From Eledone cirrhosa (Eukaryota): 64,000 nt of DNA. Position 1 is the stretch's first letter. Each line of letters opens with the position of its first letter. The notes under the pieces were generated by a model. It saw nothing but the letters and a program-made list of their open reading frames with translations. It was not told the DNA's origin and did not search any database. Shown one piece after another: positions 12,940-26,972 of this stretch. The stretch is from NCBI GenBank assembly GCA_964016885.1, contig OZ024759.1:11718001-11782000 (forward strand). Direction: 5' to 3'. The position numbers and the translations under genes are program-made.

Positions 12940-14085
12940 GGCCACAATAGACTGCCCCCAGTCCACTCTGTAAAATGGTAGTGCTGGGGCCACAATAGAC
13001 TGCCCCCAGTCCACTCTGTAAAATGGTAGTGCTGGGGCCACAATAGAATGCCCCCAGTCCACTCTGTAAAATGGTAGTGCTGGGGCCACAATAGAATGCC
13101 CCCAGTCCACTCTGTAAAATGGTAGTGCTGGGGCCACAATAGAATGCCCCCAGTCCACTCTGTAAAATGGTAGTGCTGGGGCCACAATAGAATGCCCCCA
13201 GTCCACTCTGTAAAATGGTAGTGCTGGGGCCACAATAAAATGCCCCCAGTCCACTCTGTAAAATGGTAGTGCTGGTGCCATAATAAAATGCCCCCAGTCC
13301 ACTCTGTAAAATGGTAATGCTGGTGCCATAATAAAATGCCCCCAGTCCACTCTGTAGAATGGTAGTGCTGGTGCCACAATAAAATACACCCAGTACACTC
13401 TGTAAAATTGTAGTGCTGGAGCCATGTTAAAATGCTAGGGCTGGTGCCACAGTAAAATGCGCTTAGTACACTCTGTAAAGTGGTAGTGCTGATGCCAGAA
13501 TAAAATATGCAACTAGTACACTCTGTAAAGTGATAGGGCAGCTGCCACAAAAATATGCACCTGGAACGCTGTGTAAAGTAGTAGTGCTGGAGCCACAATA
13601 TAAAAGCACCTGGTACACTCTGTAAAGTAGTAGTTCTAGAGCCACAATATAAAAGCACCTGGTACACTCTGTAAAGTAGTAGTGCTGGAGCCACAATATA
13701 AAAGCACCTGGTACGTTCTGTAAAGTAGTAGTGCTGGAGCCACAATATAAAAGCACCTGGTACGTTCTGTAAAGTAGTAGTGCTGGAGCCACAATATAAA
13801 AGTACCTGGTACACTCTGTAAAGTAGTAGTGCTGGAGCCACAATATAAAAGCACCTGGTACACTCTGTAAAGTAGTAGTGCTGGAGCCACAATATAAAAG
13901 CACCTAGTACACTCTGTAAAGTAGTAGTTCTGGAGCCACAATATAAAAGCACCTAGTACACTCTGTAAAGTAGTAGTTCTGGAGCCACAATATAAAAGCA
14001 CCTAGTACACTCTGTAAAGTAGTTCTGGAGCCACAATATAAAAGCACCTGGTACACTCTGTAAAGTTATTGGTGTTAGGAAGGTC
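12940..14085 (+). repeat. 48/49-bp minisatellite from a SINE/RTE-type internal segment
   Basis: Units gccacaatagaatgcccccagtccactctgtaaaatggtagtgctggg, then gccacaatataaaagcacctggtacactctgtaaagtagtagtgctgga; runs into ttggtgttaggaagg of the parent element. Confidence 0.88.
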
Positions 14086-14387
14086 ATCGAGTCCTGCTAC
14101 AATCTGTGGACTGGAGCAGTAATGTTAAAGTAGCAATCTGTGCTAGTATGCCTCTAACAGTCCACCTCATTAATTTCATTTTTTTTAAAATATATTCTAA
14201 AAGAAATTCAACTTTTCCCGGAGTTTATCCGGTAATTCATTCAAGCCACAAAGAAAATTAAATTACTGCGATAAATCATTCTATAAAGAACAACATCTTA
14301 GTATCTGATGTTGTCAGTAACAGCTTGCCTATAATAAACTGTGAAGTAACAGAGATAGCACGTTTGAAAAATACATTATATATATAT

Positions 14388-14724
14388 CATCATCATCATC
14401 ATCATTTCATTTTACGTCAACTTTTCCCTGCTTGCAAGGGTGGGACGGGAACTGATTCTGGCTTGATTTCTACAGCTCGATGCCCTTCCTAACACCAACC
14501 TTATTTACAGTGAGTGCTGGGTACTTTTTTGCCGTGTCACCTGCACGACCACTTTGCAGTGGAATGATATGGACCCCAGTCCCTATCATCTCATTTCTAC
14601 AGCTGAGTAAACTGGAGCAATGTGAAATAAAGTGTCTTGCTCAAGGAAACAACACATCACCCGGTCTGAGAATTGAACTCACAACCTTTCGATTGCAAGG
14701 CCAATGCTCTAACCACTAAGCCAT
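14388..14724 (-). mobile_element. SINE family 1 (tRNA-derived head, CORE-like segment, (GAT)n tail)
   Basis: Minus strand: A box tggcttagtgg, B box gagttcaattc, ccttgagcaagacactt, ggttggtgttaggaagggcatc, ends in (ATG)n. Confidence 0.85.
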
Positions 14725-14787
<63 letters not shown>

Positions 14788-14790
<3 letters not shown>

Positions 14791-15228
14791 TCATCATCAT
14801 CATCATTTTTACGTCCGCTTTTCCCTGCTTTCAAGGGTGGGACGGGAACTGATTCTGGCTTGATTTCTACAGTTGGATGCCCTTCCTAACACCAACCTCA
14901 TTTACAGTGAGTGCTGGGTGCTTTTTTTTCCATGGCGCCTCCATGTCCACTTTACAGTGAGTGCTGGGTGCTTTTTTCCATGGCGCCTACATGACCACTT
15001 TACAGTGAGTGCTGGGTGCTTTTTTGCCATGGCACCTCCATGACCACTTTGCAGTGGAATGATCGGGACCCCAGTCCCTATCATCTCATTTCTACAGCTG
15101 AGTAAACTGGAGCAATGTGAAATAAAGTGTCTTGCTCAAGGAAACAACACATCACCCAGTCTGAGAATTTAACTCACAACCTTTCGATTGCAAGCCCAAT
15201 GCTCTAACCACTGAGCCATGTGCCTCCA
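14788..15228 (-). mobile_element. SINE family 1 with an internal ~49-bp triplication
   Basis: Same family as 14388-14724; ttacagtgagtgctgggtgc...cac occurs three times (14901-15050). Confidence 0.85.
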
Positions 15229-15553
15229 CATATATATATATATAACAAATTTAATATAGAAATGGCTCCTACAAAATTAGACACAAGGTGAAATTGCTTG
15301 GAGCTCCATGTATTGAGTACTCACATGATTAGTGGTCTCCTCAGTCTCAGCACCACAGACTCTATTAATATATATATATAGTGGTAGAACACTGGAAGGT
15401 AATATCCGTAGTGGTAGAACACTCAGTCCATGGGACGAGTTAGGTAGAAGTGGTAACACACTTCTATATGTTTATCCTGGGTTCGATCGGGGGGTAACCA
15501 CAGTAAGTAAGGTACTTAATACATAGCAGAATATAAATATTTAATATAGAAAT

Positions 15554-15605
15554 GGCTTCTACAGGACTAGAACTGTTTCATTCAGAGGAAATCATCAGGA
15601 AAGCC
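15554..15605 (-). ncRNA. Type I hammerhead ribozyme (family B)
   Basis: Minus strand: ggctttc-CTGATGA-tttc/ctct/gaat-GAAA-cag/ttctagtc/ctg-TA-gaagcc. GUA site; part of an element spanning ~15470-15607. Confidence 0.8.
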
Positions 15606-15614
15606 GATATATAT

Positions 15615-15786
15615 ATCATTTCATCATTTCATTTTACGTCCGCTTTTTCCCTGCTTGCAAGGGTGGGACGGAAACTGATTCTGGCTTGATTTCTACAGCT
15701 GGATGCCCTTCCTAACACCAACCTCATTTACAGTGAGTGCTGGGTGCTTTTTTACCGTGGCACCTCCACGACCACTTTGCAGTGGT
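15615..15786 (-). mobile_element. SINE family 1, 3' part
   Basis: Matches the 3' half of 14388-14724. Confidence 0.8.
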
Positions 15787-15899
15787 ATATATATATATAT
15801 ATTAATATACACACACATATATCAAAGGAAAAAAAGCTTGTAAATAATTTGGTTGTCATTTAGTAAGATTAAGATTTTGTGATGTAGAAGCTAAGTGTG

Positions 15900-16205
15900 A
15901 CTGTGACATTGGAGCGGGGAAGTTTCCTAAAGCCTCACTCTGTGACATTGGAGCAGGGAAGTTTCCTAAAGCCTCGCTCTGTGACATTGGAGCAGAGAGG
16001 TTTCCTAAAGCCTCACTCTGTGACATTGGAGCAGGGAAGTTTCCTAAAGCCTCACTCTGTGACATTGGAGCAGGGAGGTTTCCTAAAGCCTCACTCTGTG
16101 ACATTGGAGCGGGGAAGTTTCCTAAAGCCTCACTCTGTGACATTGGAGCAGGGAAGTTTCCTAAAGCCTCACTCTGTGACATTGGAGCAGGGAAGTTTCC
16201 TAAAG
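15900..16205. repeat. Minisatellite, 39-bp unit, ~8 copies
   Basis: Unit ctgtgacattggagcagggaagtttcctaaagcctcact. Confidence 0.92.
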
Positions 16206-16494
16206 TCTCCACTGATTAAAGTTTTATTGAATAAATGAGAATGGAGACCGGTAGATGGAAACTTCAGAAGCCAGTACCAGTAATTAGTGTAGGTTTAGTT
16301 TGTGTTTTTCATGGGAATGAGGTTTGGGTCTAGTTCTGAAGGGTGTGGTTAGTTTTATTTTCTGTCTAGTGTAGTTTGTATCAGGTGGGGTTGGTGGAAT
16401 TTTAGGTCTTTGGAATATAATTGTTTGAATATAGTATTGGTTTGGTGTCACTTTGTGTTTATATATATATATTTATATATATATATATATATAT

Positions 16495-16652
16495 AACAAA
16501 GGAATTGTGGTAAGGAACCAGATGGACCATAACGCACCAGAGTACTCAATACTTAGGGTAGTAGAGTGGGAAATAGGAAAAAGTATGACCCCGACGGCTA
16601 TTTCTGAAGTCGAAACGGCTTGAGCTCTGCCGTTGGGGTCATGCTTTTTCCT
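16495..16652. mobile_element. Family C element with short foldback
   Basis: aaaaagtatgaccccgacggc...gccgttggggtcatgcttttt inverted pair, (TA)n on both sides. Confidence 0.7.
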
Positions 16653-16812
16653 ATATATATATATATACACACACACACAATATACATACACTATTAATAT
16701 ATATATACAGAAAGTCTCTGACTCTATATGCATGTGATTTTTCTCATTTTTTTCCCATACCCTCCTCCTCTCACTCTCTATCTTTCTATTTGATCTTTTA
16801 TTTCTCACTCTA

Positions 16813-16848
16813 TCTTCTAATGAAGGACTAGCGTCTGAAACGTTAAGA
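16813..16848 (+). ncRNA. Degenerate hammerhead (family E, core CTAATGA)
   Basis: tctt-CTAATGA-aggac/tagc/gtct-GAAA-cg-TT-aaga; G5A change relative to the copy at 25280-25313. Confidence 0.6.
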
Positions 16849-16951
16849 CTCTTTTCCTCTTATTTCAAGCGTTAAACTAATATATTTGTTCCTTGTACTG
16901 TGTTGTTTGCTTTGTTATTTCTGTTTACTTTTTACACATATAAATATATAT

Positions 16952-16993
<42 letters not shown>

Positions 16994-17011
16994 ATATATA
17001 TATATATATAT

Positions 17012-17049
<38 letters not shown>

Positions 17050-17902
17050 TCATATTCATCATCATTTTACATCCGCTTTTCCCTGCTTGCAAGGGTGGTA
17101 TATATATATATATATATATCTATTATATATATATACATTATATATATTATATATATATATATATACACATTATATATATTATATATATATATATATGTGT
17201 GTATGTAGGTTATGTTTGTGTCAGTATTTATATCCTGCAACTTTGCAGTTTGACAAAATAGAGATCGATAAAATGAATACCAAACTTGGAACAGGAAAAA
17301 ACGTATTGGTGTCAATAGTATTGACTAAATTACGACATTGCCCCAGCATGGCCACAATTTAATGACTGAAATGGGTAAAAAAATATTTTAATATCTTGAA
17401 AACTAAAATAAAACAAAAGCTAGAATCTGTCTCACTGACATTATTTTCAGTTGCATTTATTTCTCATTGCTTTAACGAATGGAAGAAACCTTAGGAAATA
17501 TTGAATCTTTGCCAAATTTTTCTTCTACTCCATTTTTTAATATTATGAACTTTATTTATCTATTTATTTTTTTACTTTTATTAACTGTCTCCTTTCTCAG
17601 CAGTCTTTTCCGAGTATTGATAATTTAAATATTTATTTTTATTTTCTAAGTTTACGTCATTTTAAAAACCTTCTATTTCTACCTATTCACTTCTCTACCC
17701 CTTATCTCCCAACAAAACTTCTTAGAAATGAAGGCCAAAGCTTTCAGTTTTACAATGTTTGTTATATATATATATATATATAAAGATATTTGCAGCATTT
17801 ACTATATATATAAATCTATAAGTATATATATATATATATATATCATTGTTAAATAAAATATGTAATATATATATATATGTATCATTGTTAAATAAAATAT
17901 GT

Positions 17903-17933
<31 letters not shown>

Positions 17934-18497
17934 TTAAATAAAATATGTAATATATATATATTTATATATATATATTAAATGCTGCAAGTATTTTTTTCTG
18001 GCCTATTTTTTAATATTGATTTTTCAAAAAAAGTAATAATTGATCCTTTTCATTTATTTTTAAATAATTTTCGTAACTTTTCTTTGAAATATTATAATAT
18101 TAATATTAATATTATCATTAATAATAATAATAATTCTTAAGTGTTGAGAATGCTATCCATATAATTTAATTTTAATTTCTGCTTTCTCTAGACCTATCAG
18201 AACTAGAACTAATTAAAGCTAATTTGCCTGTGCTATGCAGCTTTCTATATCATTATATATTTCTGCTATTTTAAATATGGGTATATTTATGATATTTTTC
18301 ATGCTTTAAAAATTTTTTAAAGAAAAAATTAATTTTATTCTTGGAGCTTTCGAATTTTGAAAAAAAATTTGTTTTGTAAACTGATGTACTTGTCTAAGAT
18401 TGACCTGATATTTACACAACACTTCACAACTTGTTTTTCTCATTTGTTTTATCTTCTTTTTGGTTCTTTTGTTCTAAAAATAATTTATTGAGTAGTC

Positions 18498-18930
18498 ATG
18501 CACACACACATATACACCCTCACACCCACACATACACACATACACACTCTCATACCCACACACCCACACTCTCACACCCACACATACACACTCTCAGACC
18601 CACACATACACTCACACCCACACATATACACTCTCACACCCACACATACACTCTCACACCCACACATACACACTCTCACACCCACACATACACACTCTCA
18701 CACCCACACATACACACTCACACCCACACATACACACTCTCACACCCACACATACACACTCTCACACCCACACACCCACACATACACACTCTCACACCCA
18801 CACATACACACTCTCACACCCACACCCACACACCCTTCTACACTCACACATACACACACATACTTCTGTACCCTCACACACACACATCTACACACTACAC
18901 GCTCTCTCTCTCTACACACACATACCCCCA
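18498..18930. repeat. CA-rich ~22-bp minisatellite
   Basis: Unit acacccacacatacacactctc. Confidence 0.9.
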
Positions 18931-19883
18931 TTCAGCCACATGCACATATTAGTTCATTTCATCAGGATATTTTTAGATCCTGTCTTAAAAGTATTTAAAT
19001 ATTTTCATTAAATGAAATTCAATTTTAGAATCTGAATTCTGATAATTTTAAAACTAAAATAGGTGTTTTCTCTAAATATTTTAAGTATTTGAAAAATTTT
19101 AAAGTATTTTGGAAATGTTGATAAAAAAAATGTAATTTTCACAAAATTTCTTTACTATTCTTTGTAAAAAGCAAATAAGAATGATGCTTTTAGCAATGTT
19201 AATTTACCAAATAAAGAGCAACGAATTGGCTGAATTGGTAGTGATAAACTTCGCCTTTCATTCTTTCTGGACACATTGAATAATGTAGTCCTAGATACAC
19301 ATGGCGCCTGTACAAAAATGTGGTAAATTTTCATAGCAAAATATATTCTATTTTAAAAATTTGAAATAATTAATTAAATGTTAACAACATTTAAAAATAG
19401 TAACTTCTGTCATGGCCATTAGATTTGTCTGGTGTTGGTCATGTCAGGGGTGTAGCTGTACTCACCATGCTTGGCCAATTGTGGGTTGGTGAGGCTATTT
19501 AACCCAGAGTTGGGGTGGATGGCCGTTGACTCTTTTAACAGCTCTTGTTTTTTATGCTGCTGGGGTTTCAATTATCCTCCCTCACCTAACTGTTGTCTTT
19601 TGGGGAAGCCAGTTTAGTCGCTGACCCCTCAACCACAAAACAGGTTGTACTGGGGTACATGGTACTAGTAGTAGGCAGAAGTCTGAGCTGACCATATTTT
19701 TATATATCCAGTTTATAAGTTACACCATTTCCATGTGTGTCGTAAGAGACAGCTAACAGGGTTGGTGTCAGAAAAGGCATCCAGTTATCCAAAATTGCCA
19801 CAAAAGACCCTCATGATAACTATAAAACTTTTCATGGACTATGTAAGGATAAACTTCTGTTTTAGCAGAGAACATGACCTTAA

Positions 19884-20546
19884 CCCTTTAGCATTTAAAC
19901 CGGTTGTAACTGGCCAGAATCCTCTCACCTCTTTCTGTTCAAACTGGCCGTAACTAGCTGCTCATACTGATATTAAGGTATTTTTCTCAAAATAAATAAT
20001 ATCAAAATCTCGTAGATTTTATGGGACACAATATTATGGGAAATAATTATGTGAGGTAAAGCCTTTACCATGAAAATATGATAGAAAATATAGAGTAATG
20101 TAAATGTTATGTGAGATATTATGTGTGGTAAAGCCTTTACTGTGAAAATACAATAGTATATATAGAGTAATGTAAATGTTATGTGAGATATTATGTGTGG
20201 TAAAGCCTTTACTGTGAAAATACAATAGTATATATAGAGTAATGTAAATGTTATGTGAGATATTATGTAAGGTAAAGCCTTTACCATGAAAATATGATAG
20301 AAAATATAGAGTAATGTAAATGTTATATGAGATATTGTGTAAGGTAAAGCCTTTACTGTGAAAATACAATAGTATATATAGAGTAATGTAAATGTTATGT
20401 GAGATATTATGTGTGGTAAAGCCTTTACTGTGAAAATACAATAGTATATATAGAGTAATGTAAATGTTATATGAGATATTGTGTAAGGTAAAGAATTTAC
20501 CATGAAAGTACAATAGTATATATAGAGTAATATAAATGGTAAAGGG
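19884..20546. mobile_element. TTAA-flanked (piggyBac-like) MITE containing a 72-bp minisatellite
   Basis: TTAA|ccctttagcattta...taaatggtaaaggg|TTAA: 14-bp TIR with one mismatch and TTAA on both sides; array at ~20030-20535. Confidence 0.75.
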
Positions 20547-20893
20547 TTAAGATTGCTATTGCAGTTGTATTGAAATGTTCCTACAAGACAGAGAAAAGTA
20601 AAACCTATTTGAAATTTTTGACATCATGAAATAAACCAGACACTACCATTAACTTATTTTATATTTGCATCTTTATCTTTGGTTATCTTTATTTTATTAT
20701 TTCAATATTTTCCTTTTGTAATACAAGCCAAATTGTTTAAAATTACCTTTTCGTTTTTCTTTTGTTTACTATTTATTCAATATATTCGGAAACATCATCT
20801 ATTAAGTTTATTTCTAAACCATTTTGAGATTTATTTCACTGTAAGTGTTTTGTAAATATACATACACACATATATCTATTTATCTATCCATAT

Positions 20894-20932
<39 letters not shown>

Positions 20933-20976
20933 AATATATATAAATATATATATTTATATATATATAAATATATATA

Positions 20977-21014
<38 letters not shown>

Positions 21015-21264
21015 TATATAAACATATATATATATATATATATAAATAAGCATTCAGATAAATAGAGATTGTAAGGTAAACTTATTAGTGTGTGTCATTT
21101 TTTGTAACCACACGTGTTTAATGTCTGCCATAAATATCTAATAGAGACTGTATTTAGCGACAGTCTCTACTTTTGTTCACTATGGCTGAAAGGGCAAATT
21201 TACTAAAAAACACACAAACACCATATTTACCTTACATCACTGTACATATACACACACATATATA

Positions 21265-21352
<88 letters not shown>

Positions 21353-21353
21353 G

Positions 21354-21393
<40 letters not shown>

Positions 21394-21401
21394 TATATAT
21401 A

Positions 21402-21492
<91 letters not shown>

Positions 21493-21500
21493 TATATATA

Positions 21501-21583
<83 letters not shown>

Positions 21584-21591
21584 TATATATA

Positions 21592-21627
<36 letters not shown>

Positions 21628-21649
21628 TATATATATATATATATATATA

Positions 21650-21684
<35 letters not shown>

Positions 21685-21922
21685 GTATATATAAATATAT
21701 ATAATATATATATATAATGTATATATATATAATGTATATATAATGTATATATATATATACATTATATATATATATATAAGTGTGTGTGTATATATATGTA
21801 TGTGTATGCGTCAAGTACATTGCTAATTGCTTCTGTCCCTTGATTGAATTCTTCCTCTTCATTCTGTACCTTAAACTGTCACACAAGATCAGTTATCTAA
21901 TTTTTTATGCATGCTGCATTAG

Positions 21923-21952
21923 ATCAAGCCGCCCAAACAGTCCATCTGCTCT
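21923..21952 (+). CDS. Candidate 30-nt host exon (phase 2: SSRPNSPSAL)
   Basis: cattag|ATCAAGCCGCCCAAACAGTCCATCTGCTCT|gtaagt: consensus donor, length divisible by 3, TGCATG just upstream, unique-sequence context. Confidence 0.45.
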
Positions 21953-22129
21953 GTAAGTATACAAGAGCCTATTTCTTTATAATTAATAATAATTAATTTT
22001 AAAAAAAACAAACAAGTTCTACTATTTATCATGTAATTTATTATTTTTTTTTTGTGTGACCTGTGGTCAAAAGAAGAAAAAAAATATATTTTAAAAATAA
22101 TAATAATAAAAATAATAGCATTTGTACAG

Positions 22130-22189
22130 CATTGGGTCTAAATATCTACTAGAGCGTCTACTGACAGGAAAGTCGGTTGTCGGTTTAAG
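22130..22189 (+). CDS. Candidate 60-nt host exon (phase 2: IGSKYLLERLLTGKSVVGL)
   Basis: tttgtacag|CATTGG...GGTTTAAG|gtacat; open in the same phase as 21923-21952. Confidence 0.35.
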
Positions 22190-22590
22190 GTACATTTTTC
22201 ATCCTATGCTTCACTCAAGTGACTTTATCTATGTTATATATACCTGCCTCCCTCTCTCTTTTCCCCTACCTCTAATTACCGCCTTTTCATTATCATTACC
22301 TTTGCTGGGTTACCCTCTAGTCCTTCCCTCCCTCCTTCCTTTCCTCTGCTGCCACCCTTACTTAGCCTAGCATGGAATTGTATTGTATTGTTTGTTGGTT
22401 GGTTGGTTGGTTTTTATTCTATAATTTGCTCAGCTTATAAATGTATTGTTTATTATTATTATTATTTTTGTATTTGTTTCATAAAATTATTATTATTAAA
22501 AATCAATGAACGAAAGATTAAGAGTTGTATATATTGCGATTTCATTCATGTTCACAAAATTTTTTTTTTTTATTCATTTAGGTAAATTTG

Positions 22591-22626
<36 letters not shown>

Positions 22627-23802
22627 ACAACAAATTTCTTAATAATTTTTCATCAGAATTAAATAGTGGATATGTTTTGGTTTTTTTTTGTTGACAAAAA
22701 GTTTTGAATTTGGTGTCTGTACATTTATCTGCAAATTGTGTTGGTATATATATATTTTTTTGTTGTTGTCTGAATGGTTTATGATTTAATTTATTTATTA
22801 TTTATTAAGCGTTTGTCACTTTATCACATGATCTGTAATCACAGCAATGATTTATATTTCATTTTAATAATTATAGGAGGAGACACATTCAGATCCTTAT
22901 GGATTAACCCCCACCCCTACCCAACTAAATCCTTAACCTGAAATATATTATATTTTCTTTATTTTCTTTTCCATAAATTTTTATGTTAATTAGATTAACA
23001 TTCTTATTATTTTTAATTTTTTAGTAAATGTTTACAAAAGAGAAACAACTTTGATTTTTATAGAATTTGTTTTATTATTTAATATTGTTCCAAAATAATT
23101 TAACTCTAAAAAAAAATATAAAAACTACCATTATTTAAATAAACTGTCATCCTTAACTTACACCAATTTGATTTTTGTGAGGGAAATATATTTATAGATA
23201 TATTATTTAAAAACTAATTCCACCAAACATTTACAAATATTTTTTCTAATAAATTTAATTATGTTCTTTTAAAAAATTAATTATTTTAAAATATATTTAT
23301 AATAGTTGTATATTTTTTTTCAAAAACGCTTTCAAATTTCTGTTTATTTTTTGTTTTATTTTACAATTTAGCAAATTAATACTCTTTTCTGCATAGGGGT
23401 AAATCAATTGCAAACAATGCAAAAATGCTTCTTAGTTCTTTGGAGAACCTCAAATGCATGATAGCACACATATCTTATTTTGTTTCTTCACCAGAAATGT
23501 CTCTTTGCCAGCACAGGCCTTTCACAACAATAATAACAACAATTATTGTGATTTAAAAAAAACAAAAAAAAAGTGTCAAAAATGTCTTCCATAAAGCAGC
23601 CTCTTTCTCACATTCATGTTCATCATGATATTAATCACAAGCTTAATTAAACACCATCACCTCCACCACCACCACCACCTGTTCTGAATCCAGAACAACA
23701 TTTAAAGAATTTACCAAGAAAGAAAAAAAAATCTGTCTATAGATGTATGTGTGTATGTTTATATATAAATATATATATATATAAATATATATATATTTAT
23801 AA

Positions 23803-23835
<33 letters not shown>

Positions 23836-23874
23836 AATATATATATATATATAAATAAATATATATATATATAA

Positions 23875-23927
<53 letters not shown>

Positions 23928-23963
23928 TATTTATAAATATATATATATATAAATAAATATATT

Positions 23964-24017
<54 letters not shown>

Positions 24018-24093
24018 TATATATATAAATAAATATATTTATATATATATAAATATATATAAATATATTTATATATATTTATATATATAAATA

Positions 24094-24177
<84 letters not shown>

Positions 24178-24194
24178 AATAAATATATTTATAA

Positions 24195-24225
<31 letters not shown>

Positions 24226-24379
24226 CACACATATATGTAAATGAAATTAATTTTCCCCCAAAGTGTGGGCGGAGGGGTTGCAATTCCTTTTCAAATGTAA
24301 ATCTTCTTGCATATTAAGTTGTGTATTATCTGAGTGTACTTTGCCAAAGTACTTTTTACACTTTCTATTCTTCACGCAG

Positions 24380-24388
24380 GTGGTGAAG
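24380..24388 (+). CDS. Candidate 9-nt microexon GTGGTGAAG
   Basis: ctttctattcttcacgcag|GTGGTGAAG|gtattt with a strong polypyrimidine tract; similar motif at 56182. Confidence 0.45.
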
Positions 24389-24842
24389 GTATTTATAATT
24401 CTGCACTCTGTAGATGCAGTGCACTTGTGTATCATTGCACTGGAGATTCACAGTAATTGACTCTTTAATAGACTGTTGCCTCTTTATTGTACAATTGCAC
24501 ACATTTGCACACTCACTGAGCCCTTCATTAATATGCAAATTTGTTCATCATTCATATCTTGTTCATAATCAAGCTTCTGAAAAATTTTTGTTTAGAATTT
24601 TTTTCATGTTGTTTAGTTCAATGGTTCAAAGTATTGAGCCAAAATTAGAGAGGTACAGAGTTTGATTCCCTGTAATGGCTGCTGGTCACTTTTTTTTCAT
24701 CTCTAGGTGTATTTTACCTGCTTTTCTAAACTATTATATATAGTAATTGAATGTGTTTACAGTTACTTCCTGCATTTGATATTTTCTACATTTTCTAAGC
24801 ATATATATATATATTCCCCACCATATATTTCTGCATATATAT

Positions 24843-25180
24843 ATGGTTAGAGCATTGGCCTTGCAATCGAAAGGTTGTGAGTTCAATTCTCAGACTGGGT
24901 GATGTGTTGTTTCCTTGAGCAAGACACTTTATTTCACATTGCTCCAGTTTACTCAGCTGTAGAAATGAGATGATAGGACTGGGGTCCCTATCATTCCACT
25001 GCAAAGTGGTCGTGGAGGTGTCACAGCAAAAAAGCACCCAGCACTCACTGTAAATGAGGTTGGTGTTAGGAAGGGCATCCAGCTGTAGAAATCAAGCCAG
25101 AATCAGTTCCCGTCCCACCCTTGCAAGCAGGGAAAAGCGAACGTAAAATGAAATGATGATGATGATGATGATGATGATGA
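24843..25180 (+). mobile_element. SINE family 1
   Basis: B box, CORE-like segment, ggttggtgttaggaagggcatcc and (GAT)n tail. Confidence 0.85.
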
Positions 25181-25279
25181 TATATGTGTGTGTGTAAAAG
25201 GTAAACAAATAACAACACAATCAGTGTAATATATGGAAGGTATATATTAGGTTAACGCTTGATATAACAGGAAGAGGGT

Positions 25280-25313
25280 CTTAACGTTTCGGACGCTAGT
25301 CCTTCATCAGAAG
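25280..25313 (-). ncRNA. Minimal type I hammerhead ribozyme (family E)
   Basis: Minus strand: ctt-CTGATGA-aggac/tagc/gtcc-GAAA-cg-TT-aag; palindromic stem III ACGT. Confidence 0.75.
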
Positions 25314-25659
25314 CAAGAATGAGAAATAAGATAGATTGAGGGGACGGGCGGGTTGGAATTGGAAAAAATGTCTTTAGATAAAAATAACAGGTCCATTTAT
25401 GTTGACATCTCTTAAAGGATTGTAATGTCCAATTACTGTAGGTTCACCAGAGTGAGCAGTCAATGTATAGTTTCCAGTTGGTATATTGGTGTTGTACTAA
25501 GCAGAGTGTAATTATTAGTTTAAGGTTATCTAAGGTCGGACTATTACTATTCTGTACCGTGGGATATTTCTACGTGCAGCGTTGGTTGACTCAACAAGAT
25601 GTTTACTGAGTTGGGTTTTTCAGAGGGTTGATTCCATTATATATATGTATATGTCAGGC

Positions 25660-25790
25660 CTGGGTTCAAGCAGGGATAACCACAGTTTGTAAGGTACTCA
25701 ATACATTAATAGAGTGTAAACATCATGTTTAATATAGGAATGGCTTCTACAGGGCTAGAACTGTTTCATTCAAAATAAATCATCAAGAAA
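25660..25790 (-). mobile_element. Family B element with degenerate hammerhead (TTGATGA)
   Basis: Homologous to 15470-15607 and 54588-54780. Confidence 0.65.
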
Positions 25791-25851
25791 ATAATTGTAT
25801 ATATATATATACGATATTAACAAATGGAAACTATATTTATAAAACCATATT

Positions 25852-25916
25852 TATTTTATTATACATATTTCAAGGACACCACGTTAAATTATGGTGTGCT
25901 TTCATCAGACAAAATA
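25852..25916 (-). ncRNA. Type I hammerhead ribozyme (family A, mirror copy)
   Basis: Reverse complement of 25953-26017 with one loop difference. Confidence 0.8.
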
Positions 25917-25952
25917 CAATATAGATCAGTTTTATAAAACTGATCTATATTG

Positions 25953-26017
25953 TATTTTGTCTGATGAAAGCACACCATAATTTAATGTGGTGTCCTTGAA
26001 ATATGTATAATAAAATA
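25953..26017 (+). ncRNA. Type I hammerhead ribozyme (family A)
   Basis: tattttgt-CTGATGA-aagcacacca...tggtgtcctt-GAAA-tatgta-TA-ataaaata. Confidence 0.85.
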
Positions 26018-26144
26018 AATATGGTTTTATAAATATAGTTTCCATTTGTTAATATCGTATGTTTACTCCAAATACTTGTTGAGTGCTTTATATCAGTTAT
26101 AAAAATATTTGCTTGTTTTATCCCAACAATTTAAATAGAACTTT

Positions 26145-26209
<65 letters not shown>

Positions 26210-26222
26210 ATATATGTGTGTA

Positions 26223-26316
<94 letters not shown>

Positions 26317-26318
<2 letters not shown>

Positions 26319-26924
26319 TGGCTGCCAACTCGTTTTCGAGTACGGCCACTACTTTATATCCATGTAGGAGAACCCCTACTGATGCGCTGAACGAGTGTGA
26401 CTTTTTAGTCCAGCCAGCGACTTGAAAACTCTGGTACAAACACTACACTTGTGACAATTATTGACACATAGTGCTGGGCCCATGGTACCATGTGAGGACA
26501 AGTGCAGAGAGATCTCCAGATATAAAGCAATGCCTGTGCCGTGAAGCTTTTATAGTGAGCAAAGGCACTGCACAAAGCCAGTCCCACTCTCTTAACCAAG
26601 ATGATATTTACCAAAAAGAAGAACAAGTCAACATCATTGGATACCATCAGGGTTGCAGGTGTTATATCAGAGTTTTCCTTCTCCTAGAATTCTGCCTTGA
26701 CAAAGGCTAAGGGGTCATCTCTCCCGGTGATTTTGGATGGCCATTGACTCTTAAGAGCTCCTTAGCCCTTTGACAGGTTTTGTTTTTAGTCCTGCAGGAT
26801 GTCCAAAATCACCCTCCTCACCAAGAAACCTTGGTGGGGTTGCCAGTTTAGTCGCCAACGACCCGACCATGAGACAGGTTGTACTGGGATACATGTTACC
26901 AGTAGCACCAAGTGGTGACCTGAC

Positions 26925-26927
<3 letters not shown>
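26317..26927 (-). mobile_element. Internally deleted RTE/BovB-type retroelement with C-terminal C2H2 finger remnant
   Basis: Minus 26453-26376 translates [25 protein letters not shown]. The 5' part resembles 19560-19675, a related copy lies at ~34950-35330, and both ends abut (TA)n. Confidence 0.65.

Positions 26928-26972
<45 letters not shown>

Larger units (their letters stand above)
25810..26145. mobile_element. Foldback element family A
   Basis: Loopless palindrome 25810-26059 centred at 25934/25935; right arm has a tail with tgttgagtgc; (TA)n on both sides. Confidence 0.85.

Noticed and set aside
21100-21195. Hairpin agagactgt/acagtctct and similar GAAA-palindrome traces near 37700-37740 and 62935-62985
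   Set aside because: Could not assemble a complete hammerhead core with closing stems.
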